Shown in pieces: positions 54,401-64,000 of a stretch of DNA of 64,000 nt (positions are counted from its first letter, which is position 1; each line of letters opens with the position of its first letter). The notes under the pieces are model-generated. The model searched no databases and had not been told where the DNA came from. It saw nothing but the letters and a program-made list of their open reading frames with translations. The translations under genes and the position numbers were made by a program. This DNA comes from Felis catus (Eukaryota): assembly GCF_018350175.1 (NCBI RefSeq), contig NC_058373.1:104162001-104226000 (forward strand). The letters are read 5' to 3'.

Positions 54401-56531
54401 TTCCTCTGGGCCAGACACTGTTCTAAGCATATTATATGTATTAACTTATTTAATCCTTGTAACCACCTATTTTTATAGATGAAAAAAACTAAAGCACAGG
54501 GAAGTTAAGTTGCTAGTAAGTGGCAGAGCAGACTTATCTCCAGAGCTTGTTAGGTTAACTAATAATACCATTATTATTACCAAGAGAAAACTGCATTGGA
54601 AGTATTTGGAATCTATCACTTTGACTATGTAAAAACACATCCTCTATCTTATGTAAACTACTGACTTTATTAAATGTTTTCTCACAGCCATATATGCTTA
54701 AGCAAAGGAATCTAACTAAATAAAATCTGAGCAGAAATCAGTTTGCTAATCCCTAACACTAAAGAACAAACAGCCCCTGGGAGGCAGCAATGCTGCACAA
54801 TGCTCCATGAACTACACTTATACAGGGCAATCAAGTTCCAGACCAGGCCCAGGCCATAAAAGGGGTTCACAGATTCCAGCTTCAGTGTAGGACCTAAGAA
54901 GGGCTAAGAAATTTGGCCTACTTACTCCAGGGCCAGGCTGTGATTTGATTTGACTTCAAAATGGATTGAGGAAGAGTACTGCATTCACTTTCCCCATGTT
55001 ATACTACAATTCTCATGGGGACACATATTCCATGACTTCTGTAAAACTTCCCAGATCAGGGAAAAATGTGATCCAGACAATACTGTTCTGTTATTGCTTT
55101 GTTTTATGTTTAAATGAGAATGCAAATGACACTTAAATATCCAAGCTAATCATGAGCCCCTAAAAATGCAGGTCAGCTAAAGTGACATTCTTCAAAGAAT
55201 GCACTGTGACTGTACTGGATGCCACTCCAACCTAAGAAGGGAATACTGTGATCCCAAACCATGGATCAACAGCAAGTCTGTGCTAAGAGTGCCTCACAAC
55301 AATTCATTGACATTTTTCCCCAGAGATGCAAACGGTGGAGAGAAACCTCAATGGTTACTATTATTTGACTAGAGTTCTTTAAGAACTTAATAGTGGAAGG
55401 GAATAAAAATATAATCTGTATAAACTATTCATTGCTTAATCAGTGTTTACCTGATTGCTTTTCTGGAGCTCTTGTACCTTCTTGGCAAATTCCTTGGCTT
55501 CTTTCTGACACTGTTGCTCTAGTTTCTCTACTTTCCTTTGAATCCTTTCATCCATTATCTGGAGTTCTTGAATATGATTTACAAATTCTTCTAATAACCT
55601 AGTAGAGGAAAATCAGAGTATGTATCAATCCATCTAAGATTAATCATTAGGAACTGACCAGTTCATCTGTAACAGAATATTAATAAGCATTTCTTAAGGT
55701 AGGATAGCATCTTAGGAATTATCTTTAACATGAATGAAAACCTCACTCAGAATCTCTGCCAGAATAGAAACCAATTTTACAGAAAACAGTCAAAACGATA
55801 AAGATGCTATATAAAAATAATACTGTGCATTCCAGGGAACAATGACTTTCTGTTCCTCTGATTTATAACTACACTTAAAACAACATATTCAGGGGTGCCT
55901 GGGTGGCGCAGTCGGTTAAGCATCCGACTTCAGCCAGGTCACGATCTCGCGGTCTGTGAGTTCGAGCCCCACGTCGGGCTCTGGGCTGATGGCTCAGAGC
56001 CTGGAGCCTGTTTCCGATTCTGTGTCTCCCTCTCTCTCTGCCCTTCCCCCGTTCATGCTCTGTCTCTCTCTGTCCCAAAAATAAATAAACGTTGAAAAAA
56101 AAAATAAATAAAAAATAAAAAAAACAAACAAACAACATATTCAACATGTTTTTATTTTACAGGTAGAACCAACCTTTTCTGATTTATTATTAATTGAATA
56201 TTAAATTCTTATAACACAATAAAATTCCTCCCCTCATACCAGTTAAAATCCTTCTCTAAAAGAAATATAAAAGAAACTAAATCAACCCCTAACTTCTAAT
56301 GCTTGTGTCTTTATCGTCCAACTGTTAACTAAAACCCCTTTACATAAACGTTGAAAGGAATTTCAATAGTCACCTCTATTCCAAACACAAACTTGAACTA
56401 GGTTGGATCTATGGGGAAAAAACATTTTTACTTCACCTTTTGGGATCAAAAGCTTCAGGTCCCCCTCTAGAGCCTCCTCCTGGGGTTCTCCACACAAGTC
56501 TTTCAATATACTCATCTGCCACAAAAGGCTC
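20244..56531 (-). CDS. EXOC5: EXOC5 (exocyst complex component 5 / Sec10), spliced CDS, coding exons 2-18; exon 1 lies beyond the right edge
   Basis: Seventeen exons translate contiguously from [20 protein letters not shown] to ...[14 protein letters not shown], matching mammalian EXOC5 as recalled. Exon lengths sum to 2100 nt with consistent phases. All acceptors are AG; donors are GT except two GC. Confidence 0.98.
21084..21299 (-). CDS. EXOC5: EXOC5 exon 17 (216 nt)
   Basis: cag|GCCTGT...TTCAAG|gtacgt; [22 protein letters not shown]...KCAKDFK. Confidence 0.97.
21497..21605 (-). CDS. EXOC5: EXOC5 exon 16 (109 nt)
   Basis: tag|GACGTT...ACTAAT|gtgagt; [36 protein letters not shown]. Confidence 0.96.
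21645..21878 (-). mobile_element. CanSINE about 40 nt from the exon 16 acceptor
   Basis: TSD ttgatcc(c/t)tttattt. Confidence 0.92.
23043..23236 (-). mobile_element. CanSINE
   Basis: Consensus-like body; TSD agac(c/t)aaagctta. Confidence 0.9.
24425..25010. mobile_element. Three SINEs: minus 24425-24644, plus about 24686-24780 (old), plus 24784-24990
   Basis: Three tRNA-like heads; TSD tagtgtttttacaa around the first. Confidence 0.88.
25027..25113 (-). CDS. EXOC5: EXOC5 exon 15 (87 nt), GC donor
   Basis: tag|CTCTTCT...TGATAG|gcaagt; [29 protein letters not shown]. Confidence 0.95.
25390..25583 (-). mobile_element. Short 5'-truncated felid L1 (3' UTR tip)
   Basis: tttattgtcaaattggtttccatacaa...; TSD gattcattacttt. 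Confidence 0.85.
26340..26460 (-). CDS. EXOC5: EXOC5 exon 14 (121 nt)
   Basis: tag|GAATTCC...AATAAG|gttagt; [39 protein letters not shown]. Confidence 0.96.
27253..28073. mobile_element. CanSINEs: plus 27253-27463, plus about 27643-27830, minus about 27988-28073
   Basis: SINE heads and A tails. Confidence 0.85.
28610..28730 (+). mobile_element. Old short carnivore SINE
   Basis: gggcacctggctggctcagttgg...gggtgtagagatta. Confidence 0.8.
29800..30035 (-). mobile_element. CanSINE with (TATG)n tail, inserted within an L2 remnant (about 29270-30360)
   Basis: TSD gagatgatggtat. Confidence 0.88.
30830..30938 (-). CDS. EXOC5: EXOC5 exon 13 (109 nt)
   Basis: aag|CTTTCT...TTGCTG|gtaagt; [36 protein letters not shown]. 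Confidence 0.96.
31367..31568 (-). mobile_element. CanSINE
   Basis: TSD tgtaaaatcca(c/t)ttc. Confidence 0.9.
32325..35665 (+). mobile_element. Old L1 (L1M) ORF2 and 3' UTR remnant, antisense to EXOC5, interrupted by a SINE at 33285-33526 (minus)
   Basis: Degenerate ORF2 motifs (aaaatcaataaaactgataaacctctagctagactgatc; ggcccaaatgacttccctggtaaattc; caactcattctacaaggccagtattaccctg), many stops and frameshifts. Confidence 0.88.
35701..36336 (-). mobile_element. 5'-truncated carnivore L1 3' end
   Basis: 20-bp TSD ttacactgccctttttaatt (35681-35700, 36337-36356); L1 ORF2 end and 3' UTR. Confidence 0.9.
36519..36826 (-). mobile_element. CanSINE with extra 3' sequence and a second poly-A
   Basis: TSD tgtatgtctttt; (GA)n; 33-nt unique segment between two tails. 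Confidence 0.9.
37340..38000 (-). mobile_element. Ancient L1ME-like 3' fragment
   Basis: atggcaaccactatcctgaattt; cccatccttaccaacacttgatat. Confidence 0.55.
38699..38846 (-). CDS. EXOC5: EXOC5 exon 12 (148 nt)
   Basis: tag|TATTCAA...CATAGG|gtaaga; [49 protein letters not shown]. Confidence 0.97.
39403..40052 (-). mobile_element. Three SINEs: 39403-39506 (old); young copy 39590-39815 inserted in the tail of 39825-40052
   Basis: TSD cagatgtcacttttt around the young copy. Confidence 0.9.
40688..40897 (-). CDS. EXOC5: EXOC5 exon 11 (210 nt)
   Basis: aag|AACCACA...AGGAGG|gtaagt; [18 protein letters not shown]...KRSIGTGG. Confidence 0.97.
41918..42000 (-). CDS. EXOC5: EXOC5 exon 10 (83 nt)
   Basis: cag|AGTTTT...TACAAG|gtatgt; [28 protein letters not shown]. 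Confidence 0.96.
42283..42540 (+). mobile_element. CanSINE
   Basis: Head, (CT)n, A-rich tail. Confidence 0.88.
42574..42794. mobile_element. hAT-Charlie-type MITE
   Basis: Imperfect TIRs gcagcatttctcaaact / agtttgggaaatgttgc. Confidence 0.55.
42847..42944 (+). mobile_element. Isolated L1 5'-UTR start (about 100 bp)
   Basis: gggaggagccaagatggcggaacagcatgg: L1 5' terminus with YY1 site. Confidence 0.75.
43086..43300 (+). mobile_element. CanSINE
   Basis: TSD aatctgaggctacc. Confidence 0.9.
43578..43804 (+). mobile_element. Young felid SINE adjacent to the exon 9 donor
   Basis: TSD aagaattacttagtcat (43561-43577, 43805-43821). Confidence 0.95.
43835..43975 (-). CDS. EXOC5: EXOC5 exon 9 (141 nt)
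   Basis: tag|GGTGCT...CTACAG|gtaatt; [47 protein letters not shown]. Confidence 0.96.
44078..44122 (-). CDS. EXOC5: EXOC5 exon 8 (45 nt)
   Basis: tag|GGTTAT...CAGGAG|gtaacc; [15 protein letters not shown]. Confidence 0.95.
44503..44566 (+). repeat. (TA)n microsatellite
   Basis: Direct reading. Confidence 0.9.
44893..45100 (+). mobile_element. CanSINE
   Basis: Head, (CT)n, poly-A. Confidence 0.88.
45592..45701 (-). CDS. EXOC5: EXOC5 exon 7 (110 nt)
   Basis: tag|GTAAATAC...TTTAAG|gtaaat; [36 protein letters not shown]. Confidence 0.96.
46874..46902 (-). CDS. EXOC5: EXOC5 exon 6 (29-nt micro-exon)
   Basis: cag|ATTTTCAGAAGTAAAATCCAAAATTGCGA|gtaagt; FSEVKSKIA; phases fit exons 5 and 7. Confidence 0.93.
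47031..47140 (+). repeat. Polypurine tract with a G28 run
   Basis: G run at 47091-47118. Confidence 0.9.
47372..49487. mobile_element. SINE cluster in intron 5: minus 47372-47596, minus 47821-48038, plus 48202-48424, minus 48815-49057 (young), plus 49267-49487
   Basis: Five SINE bodies with TSDs (e.g. tacactagaatttttt, tcatcaacttttt). Confidence 0.9.
49692..49756 (-). CDS. EXOC5: EXOC5 exon 5 (65 nt), GC donor
   Basis: tag|ATAAAG...TGACAG|gcaagt; [22 protein letters not shown]. Confidence 0.95.
53281..53475 (-). CDS. EXOC5: EXOC5 exon 4 (195 nt)
   Basis: tag|GTTGCC...GAAAAG|gtgagc; [20 protein letters not shown]...SDVFTNSEK. Confidence 0.97.
53895..54090 (+). mobile_element. CanSINE
   Basis: Diverged head, (CT)n. 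Confidence 0.85.
55451..55598 (-). CDS. EXOC5: EXOC5 exon 3 (148 nt)
   Basis: tag|GTTATTA...AATCAG|gtaaac; [49 protein letters not shown]. Confidence 0.96.
55892..56130 (+). mobile_element. Young felid SINE in intron 2
   Basis: TSD aaacaacatattca. Confidence 0.95.
56437..56531 (-). CDS. EXOC5: EXOC5 exon 2 (95 nt)
   Basis: tag|GAGCCT...CCAAAAG|gtgaag; [32 protein letters not shown]. Confidence 0.96.
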
Positions 56532-59500
56532 CTAGTATACAAAATAAGTGTTCTTTTAAAAAGTTTCATAGAAGATAACTTAATGCTACTGCAAAAATTA
56601 AACAGGTTCTACTATGTGAGAACTTAAAATAGAATTAAATTATCATTTAAATACATCTACATTATTAAAACGTACAAGGCTTTTTCAATTGAAAAAATCA
56701 AATTAATAAAAATTAGGATATTAAAATATCAGAACAGTATCATGACTAGTTAGAACATCCCAGTGGGAAAATGAGCAAAGGACACAATTTATAGAAGAAA
56801 TACAAGAAACATGAAATATATGTGGCTTCACTAGTAATCAAATGAGGTCAAATTATCACTTTTGTTTTTAACCTCACTCTCTGGCAAAGTGGGTGGGTTT
56901 TTTTGTTTTGTTTTGTTTTGGTTTTGTTTTTGGTAATTACAATATGCAATATCGGAGGGTAAACTGAAATTCACACTCTCATCTAATCTAACATGTACAA
57001 TATTTTTAAAGGATAATAAATAATGATTTAGCAACATAAACAGTATTACAAATACTCATACCCTTTAACCTAGTAATTCTACTTTTAAAATTCTAAGGGA
57101 AAAGCAGACATGAACACAAAATTTTTTACAGAACATCCACTTATTATGTACAATACTGAAAAATTGTTCATATAAATACTTAATGAAATCATTATTGAAA
57201 ATTTATGACAAACTTCCAGGATGAAAACCATGTTCCTATTAAAACCATGCTGAAAAATCATGCAATGAGAAAAAAATGTTCATCTATAATACTGAAAAAA
57301 GTAGGATACAAAATTTTCTAAATTTTCTGAGGAAAAAAGCATTTATTATGAAAAAAAGAATATTAGAGCAGATGATCCAATCAAGAAAATAAACACTCAA
57401 ATGTTTACCATTAGCAGCTGACAATGAATTTTTTAGACTAATACACGCTAGTGTACATATTTTTCATACCATCTTCTTTCATGTAAATGGGTATCCTGAA
57501 TTGCTTCCCACTTAGCATGTAACTTAGACTGCTACTATTTGCTGGTGATTCCAGTCTGAATTCTTATTATCTGCAAAATTTCCTATTTGTTAATCATATC
57601 TTAAAAACATATTTTCCTTGATAAACATTCATTAAACAATAAAATTTCCAGTGCCAAGCACGCTGTTAGGCTTTGGAATAAAAAGATGTATTAAAAAACT
57701 GCAACCTCAGGAAACTCACAACCTAATAGAGAAGAAATTATAAAGAATGCAAAAGTATGTGATAAGTAAAATTAAGAACCTGTGCCCAAACTTTAATATT
57801 AACACTGCTGAATAAGTCGCTACCTCAACAGGCAGTTGGGCAACAAAAAAGGGGTTATTTATTAATTCAGCAAATTTTGCTGAGCAACTGCTATGTGCTG
57901 GGCACAGTGGTGGGTATTGAGAATACAAATTGTAATTCAATAGACAGGGTTCCTGAAAGGCCTCAAAGAAATGATCTTCTAGGTAAGGATGCCAACATTA
58001 AACAATTACAGAAATAACTAGTTACAACTGTGATAAATGTAAGGGAAAAAAAAAAGTCCTGGATCCAAGACTATATAACAGAAACAGAGATGACAGGAAG
58101 ACACTAAGGGATAGAAGACTGGTAAGACACAGGAATTACAACTGGCAAACTTTCTGAGAGCTTAACAATTAAGCTGAGACCAAAAGAAAGAAGAAAAATC
58201 ATCCAGACAAAAATGGAACAAATATCTTTCCAGATCATTAGGGAAAAAGAAGATAGAACTTAACCTAGTTGTGGAACTGAGAAGATGGATAGATCACAAA
58301 GAGCTTATCTGGATGGAACAAGAGAGGTGACTATTAACGCCAACAGATAACAACTTTGCTCTTTTTATCATTATCATCACACTGGTACTCAAGAGACTGG
58401 TTCACTGACATGAGTCTGATGTGAGAGGAGGAATGGGAGGATGAATTTCAGTCAGACTATGGATAACCATCATCACAAAAACAGGAATATGTACCCAAAA
58501 CAGGAATATGTACCAACAAGAATAACAGCTCACGTAAACAGTTTACACGCATTACCTCATTTACTACTCTCTTCATAAGACCTAGAAGGGAGGTCCTATT
58601 TCATCCTCACTTTATGATGAGGAAACTGAGAGTAAGAGAGGTTAATTACTTACTCAAGACAACACAAGCTGGGCTGAGATTTAAATCATTCTATTCTATT
58701 ACTAGGTAAAACTGAATGGCAAATATGGGAAACTACAAGTAGCTCCTTGTACCTAAAGTTAGGTGGTAAGGATAACAGGTGAAGCTAAAAAGGAGAAAAC
58801 TGTCACATGAAGGCCCACACACATCACTCATCATGTCTTTTGAAATTTCTACTTAAATTTATAAACATTCTAATTGTATGACCCATCAATAATGTAAACT
58901 AATAATTTTCTCAGACAACTGATAAACTGTCACATGCCTATCTATACATAAGATCTAATATCAACTTTCAAACTGGACCATATCTTATAAGAAAACCATA
59001 CAGCTTTTACGACCGTTAATATCGCTGACTGCCCCCCCCCAAAAAAGTAAACACTAAACAGTAAGAACACAAAACAATATAAATGGGCATTAAAAATTTT
59101 TAAAGACTTTTTATATTGTACCTACAAGAGGCTCTTTTATAGTGATCAAATAACTAAAAAATAGCAGTTATATTAATCCAGTTTCTCTCATAAGATTTCC
59201 ATTATAGGAAAGCTATCTGATACGAGGAAGGCATAGAAAATAAAGAATATTGTTAACTACTTAAAAAATAAATCAGTTTATCCATGTGCTGACATGTTTG
59301 AGAATTAAACCCTAATGATGAATTAGATATCCTGCAAAGGAAAAATTTTGACCCTCTGAAATAACAATTAACTCATTTAGCAAACATATCATCATTTAGA
59401 TAATCATACCTCTCTCTAGTCAATTTCATTTGTGTTGAAACAAAAGTTGACATGTCTAATAATTTTTAATTTACATACATAAATTGGGAAACATTGACTC

Positions 59501-60018
59501 AACATCAAGGAATTTATGTTTAGAGTGAATACTTAGATCTTTAGAAACTCAGCTACTTACAAACTTCAGGAAATCTGACAAGCATATGAATTACTCCTAA
59601 ATAATGACAAAATGCTGACAGCAGCTAATTTTTAAGTGTTTATTAGGTGCCTAACACTTTACATACTTAGTATCATTTAATACAACTCTATGAGGTAGGT
59701 TTTATTAATATTCATTCATTTTATACCTGTGAAATTGTGTGATACAAAAAGGTTATTTAATCCAAGGTCATATAGATTTATCTGATTTCAAAGGTCCAAG
59801 TTTTCAGTTTTGGTAAAATCCAGAGTTTTTTCTTCAAAAAAAGCTAAATTAATTACGAAGTAGTCAGCTCTTCCCAAACTCCACAATACTTCCATTAAAT
59901 AGCTTTACCTAGTAATGTTCTTTTTCCCTGTCAGTTTTTGCACATGCATACCTATGTAAATACTTAATAATCATAGTTCTCATTTGTTAATTTATTAGTT
60001 ATTCAGTAGTTGCAATTT

Positions 60019-60730
60019 TTTTTTCAATCTATGAAGTTTATTGTCAAATTGGTTTCCATACAACACCCAGTGCTCATCCCAAAAGGTGTCCTCCTTAACA
60101 CCCATTACCCACCCTCCCCTCCCTCCCACCCCCCATCAACCCTCAGTTTGTTCTCAGTTTTTAAGAGTCTCTTATGCTTTGGCCCTCTCCCACTCTAACC
60201 TCTTTTTTTTTTTTCCTTCCCCTCCCCCATGGGTTCCTGTTAAGTTTCTCAGGATCCACATAAGAGTGAAACCATATGGTATCTGTCTTTCTCTGTATGG
60301 CTTATTTCACTTAGCATAACACTCTCCAGTTCCATCCATGTTGCTACAAAGGGCCATATTTCATTCTTTCTCATTGCCACGCAGTACTCCATTGTGTATA
60401 TAAACCACAATTTCTTCAACGTTTATTTATTTTTGGGATAGAGAGAGACAGAGCATGAACGGGGGAGGGGCAGAGAGAGAGAGAGACACAGAATCGGAAA
60501 CAGGCTCCAGGCTCTGAGCCATCAGCCCAGAGCCTGACGCGGGGCTTGAACTCCCGGACCGCGAGATCGTGACCTGGCTGAAGTCGGACGCTTAACCGAC
60601 TGCACCACCCAGGCGCCCCTAAACCACAATTTCTTTATCCATTCATCAGTTGATGGACATTTAGGCTCTTTCCATAATTTGGCTATTGTTGAGAGTGCTG
60701 CTATAAACATTGGGGTACAAGTGCCCCTAT
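60019..60730 (-). mobile_element. 5'-truncated felid L1 3' end containing a young SINE (60417-60619, minus)
   Basis: L1 TSD agtagttgcaattt; SINE TSD taaaccacaatttctt. Confidence 0.92.
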
Positions 60731-60899
60731 AGTAGTTGCAATTTCTAATTAAATGTTACACTGTTCATTAATTTCAATACACAAGTTTTATCAAATGATA
60801 TATGCCCCAAAACTCATACTGCAACAGACAAATATTACTGACATGGAGAAAAATAAGAATTTTTCATATGAAATATTTCAATTTTCTCAAAATACAATA

Positions 60900-61360
60900 T
60901 TCCTTCATTCAACAAATATTCATTGAGAGCCTACTAGATGTTACTGACTATTCTATAAACCAAGGAAATAGCAGTAAACAAGGCAGGAGAAAATCTCTGC
61001 CCTTCTGGATATCATGAAAGGGAATGACAGACAAACAAGCAGATACATGATAAATAAGAACTATTAAGAAAATTAAAAAGGATGCAGAGTGATGGATTAA
61101 AGTGGTTATTTTGGTAAACGTGATCAGACAAGGTCTAAGAAAATAAATTTTGAACAAAGACCTGAATACATCTAAAGGAATAAGCCATCTAGGAAAGGAA
61201 TGCTCCAAGTACAGAGAACAAACAGTATGTGAGCAATGACAAGAGACCAGTGTAACTAGCAGAGTGAGTGAATGGGAGAACAGTTGTAGATAAGGTACAA
61301 GAGGTAGTAGAGGCCAGAGATTGTAGGATGCACTTTGATACACTTTCAGCTATGAACGAA
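60900..61360 (-). mobile_element. L2 3' fragment
   Basis: cattcaacaaatattcattgagagcctacta...; tttgaacaaagacctgaa. Confidence 0.7.
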
Positions 61361-61379
61361 GAAAAGGCAGGTTCCCAGG

Positions 61380-64000
61380 ATGAAGGACTCTGCAATATAC
61401 TAGCAAGTATATGCAGTAATGACTCTACTATTCCTTCCCCCCGCCAAAAGAGGTACAACCATTTACTTGAATAACTAACTGTACACAAGGTAAAGGGAAA
61501 TACTCAAACATTTTGAGGTCTGTTGTATACAGAGTCCTAGTTGATTCCGATACTTGATGGACTCCAAGCATCATGCACTCAAGAGAGTGAAGATATACAA
61601 GAGCCAAGATCCAGCTCATCACTGATCCAATGGGTCCATTAGCCCAACTACTGGCCATTTTCCCAGTCCGTAAACATGTAAGAGGGACAGGCACACTTGA
61701 TGGCTGACATAATTCCCACATTGGGTCCTTGGTCTATAGAGTAAGAGCCTTCACAGTAGGGAAGTCCAAGAAGTCTCTGAAATTGCCCCTCTGTACTCAA
61801 TGTAGTAAATCAAGTGGAATGTCAAAATTTAGTACCATTCTTAAGGCTCTAAAGCAAGGATCAGCAATTTTTTTTCTTAAAAAGGTGGACAGTAAGTACT
61901 TTACAATCTTTCTTATAACCATTCAGTTCTATAGCTATAGTACAAATGTAGCGATAGACAATACATAAACAGATGGGCACAGCTGTATATCAGTGAAACT
62001 TTAAAAACAGGTATCTATCCCAGGGGCTATACGTTTGCCAACCCCTTATCTAAAGGATGTTCGGGCAATATTCCCCACAATTTTCTAATTTAATTCATCA
62101 GTCTGGGTTTTTACAAAAACCAGATAAATCCTGAAAGGTGTTTATCTCAAAATCAACAAAAAAGTAGCCTATTACATCTGTCATGCCAGATATAGTTTCT
62201 CCAAGCCTCATGGTATATGGCCAATGATTTGGCAAATACATTATTTTCTATGGCAAATACACTATTTTCTGTCCCTATTGGGGGAAAAAAAAAAAAAGAG
62301 GATCAGAGAGTTTACAGTCACATAGAACTGACAGTGGTATACAATTATAGCTTTGCTTCAGGACTATGTGAACTCTATTATAACATGATTTGTACCATAT
62401 GAACATTCTGCAGAACACCTTACTGATCCATCATACATAACTGACATCATTGGTGGAATCTTGGTAAGATACATGTACTCATGTATATACTATACAAAGA
62501 TTCCAGGGCACACTGAATCAGTAAAATTTTAAGGTAGTCAGGGGCCTTCCAGGACATCTCACCCAAAGTAAAGGAGAATTATTGTACCTTGCACATCCCA
62601 CCACAAGGAAAGACACACAATACCTGATAGGACTTTCCAGGTTCTGCATGCAGGGCACACATGCTCTGGCACATATACCAAGCGACACAAAAGCAAGAAA
62701 GGGCTCCGAAGAAGTGGGGGCCATACAACCAACCTTGCTGTCTGGGCCATACAACTTTGCAGACCCTATGGTATTAAAAGAATCAGTCTTAATTTAAGTA
62801 TTAAAGGTATCAGTATTGGGAAACAATGTCACGTGGAGTTGTAGCAAACCTCAGTGAATAATCACAACACAAATTGCTAGATAATAAAGCAAGATCATGC
62901 CATCTACAGCAGAGGATTACACACCTTGTGAGAAATAATTCCCAGTGTGCTACTAGACCCTGGTAGAGACAGCACACCTAACCACAGAGCAGGAAGTGAA
63001 CCTGCATCCAGAACTACATAGCATGAGTTGGGTTCTAAAAGACTCACCAAGATATTATGTCAACGGACTGAGAAACTATTTAACCTAGATGGATGTGGTA
63101 GACCCAGAACCAAACATGAATAGGACCAGAAAGCAAACTGCATAAGCAGGAAGCCAAACTTCTACCATTATTGTGATAGCTTCTCTCCTTCAATTTACAT
63201 GGATAGCCTTATGGGGCATCTCTTACAACCTGCTGATGGAGAAGGAAACAGCCTGAACTTGGCTCATGCAGAGAGTTGGCTAGGCATGTGGGTGCCAACT
63301 AAAAATGGACAGCAGCAGTAATTAAAACTTCATTCAGGGGAAGCCTTAAAATTCAGTGGCAAGAAAAATCCTCTCAATAGTCAAAGTTTTGGTAAAGACA
63401 TCTGGCCATCATCTTGGGTAGACAGAGAACTGACCTTAGTTTAGAATATATATGGACTCACAGACAATGGCAAAGGGCCTGACTATGAAAGGACAAAGAC
63501 TAGAAGATTGAAGACAGAGAAATCTGGGATAGAGGCATGTGCATGGACACATGAAAGTGGGCACAGAGTGTGAAGATCATTGTGCCACATGTTAACACTC
63601 GCCAGAGGACATCCACCATGGAAGAAAAATCAAACAACCAAGTAGACAAAATGATTCTGCCAGTTGACATCAGCCAGCCTTTACCCAGCATTAGCACACT
63701 GGGGACATGAACAGAAAGAACACAGTACAGAGACAACATGGCCCCCATAGCATGAGGTCCTACTTACCATGGCTGATCCAGGTACTGTCAAAACTGAATA
63801 TCTACCCTAACGGTGATAGAAACCAACTCTGAGCCCCTGAAATCACCCCATCCTTCAAGAAGACTACTAACCCAGCCACATGGTGGCAAGCTGATTACCT
63901 GGTTCCTTTCCATTTTGGATGAGTAATTCATTCTGACAAGAATAAAAGCATTCAAGTTGGGTATGCCTCTCCTCAGAGGGAGTGTCTGTTCCTGTGGCAC
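61380..64000 (+). mobile_element. Decayed ERVL (class III) internal pol region: protease/RT/RNase H/integrase remnants
   Basis: Remnants resembling FNSPVW..QKPD (about 62090), DLAN..FS.PI (about 62226), VKI.V.HVN (about 63570) and PATWWQ.DY (about 63871); heavily frameshifted. Confidence 0.8.
61856..62046. mobile_element. MER58-like hAT-Charlie MITE inserted in the ERVL
   Basis: caaggatcagcaa...tttgccaacccctt; tctaaag flanks; atagacaatacataaac core. Confidence 0.75.

Noticed and set aside
56363..56569. 68-aa ORF over exon 2
   Set aside because: An out-of-frame reading of EXOC5 exon 2 plus intron sequence.
58478..58514. Tandem aaaacaggaatatgtacc x2
   Set aside because: A simple slippage duplication; no spacers, so not CRISPR-like.
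1..64000. Prokaryotic-style systems (operons, CRISPR, defence islands) or a second gene such as AP5M1
   Set aside because: The sequence is mammalian. No CpG island, EXOC5 exon 1 or other coding exons were found in the window.

Overview
This window is mammalian DNA, almost certainly felid (cat family): AT-rich, with about 33 tRNA-derived carnivore SINEs (CanSINE/SINEC_Fc types) and felid-type L1 ends. The only protein-coding gene is EXOC5 (exocyst component 5, Sec10) on the minus strand. I mapped coding exons 2-18 (20244-56531). They total 2100 nt including the stop, with consistent frame at every junction; a 27-nt exon 1 outside the window would complete the 708-aa protein as recalled for human. 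Introns 5 and 15 use GC donors. A long AT-rich, SINE-free 3' UTR probably extends from 20243 toward about 14 kb. The rest is intronic or intergenic: young and old SINEs, L1, L2, MIR, hAT-Charlie MITEs, microsatellites and a decayed ERVL pol region at the right end. Nearly all ORFs in the supplied track are spurious. I see no clear undescribed biological system. The best second-look items are a duplicated exon-16 end carrying a second donor, inverted young SINE pairs bracketing exon blocks, a SINE with an apparent 3' transduction, an isolated L1 5'-end fragment and a K50-homeodomain motif cluster. Repeat family names and boundaries come from recall of consensus sequences and are approximate.
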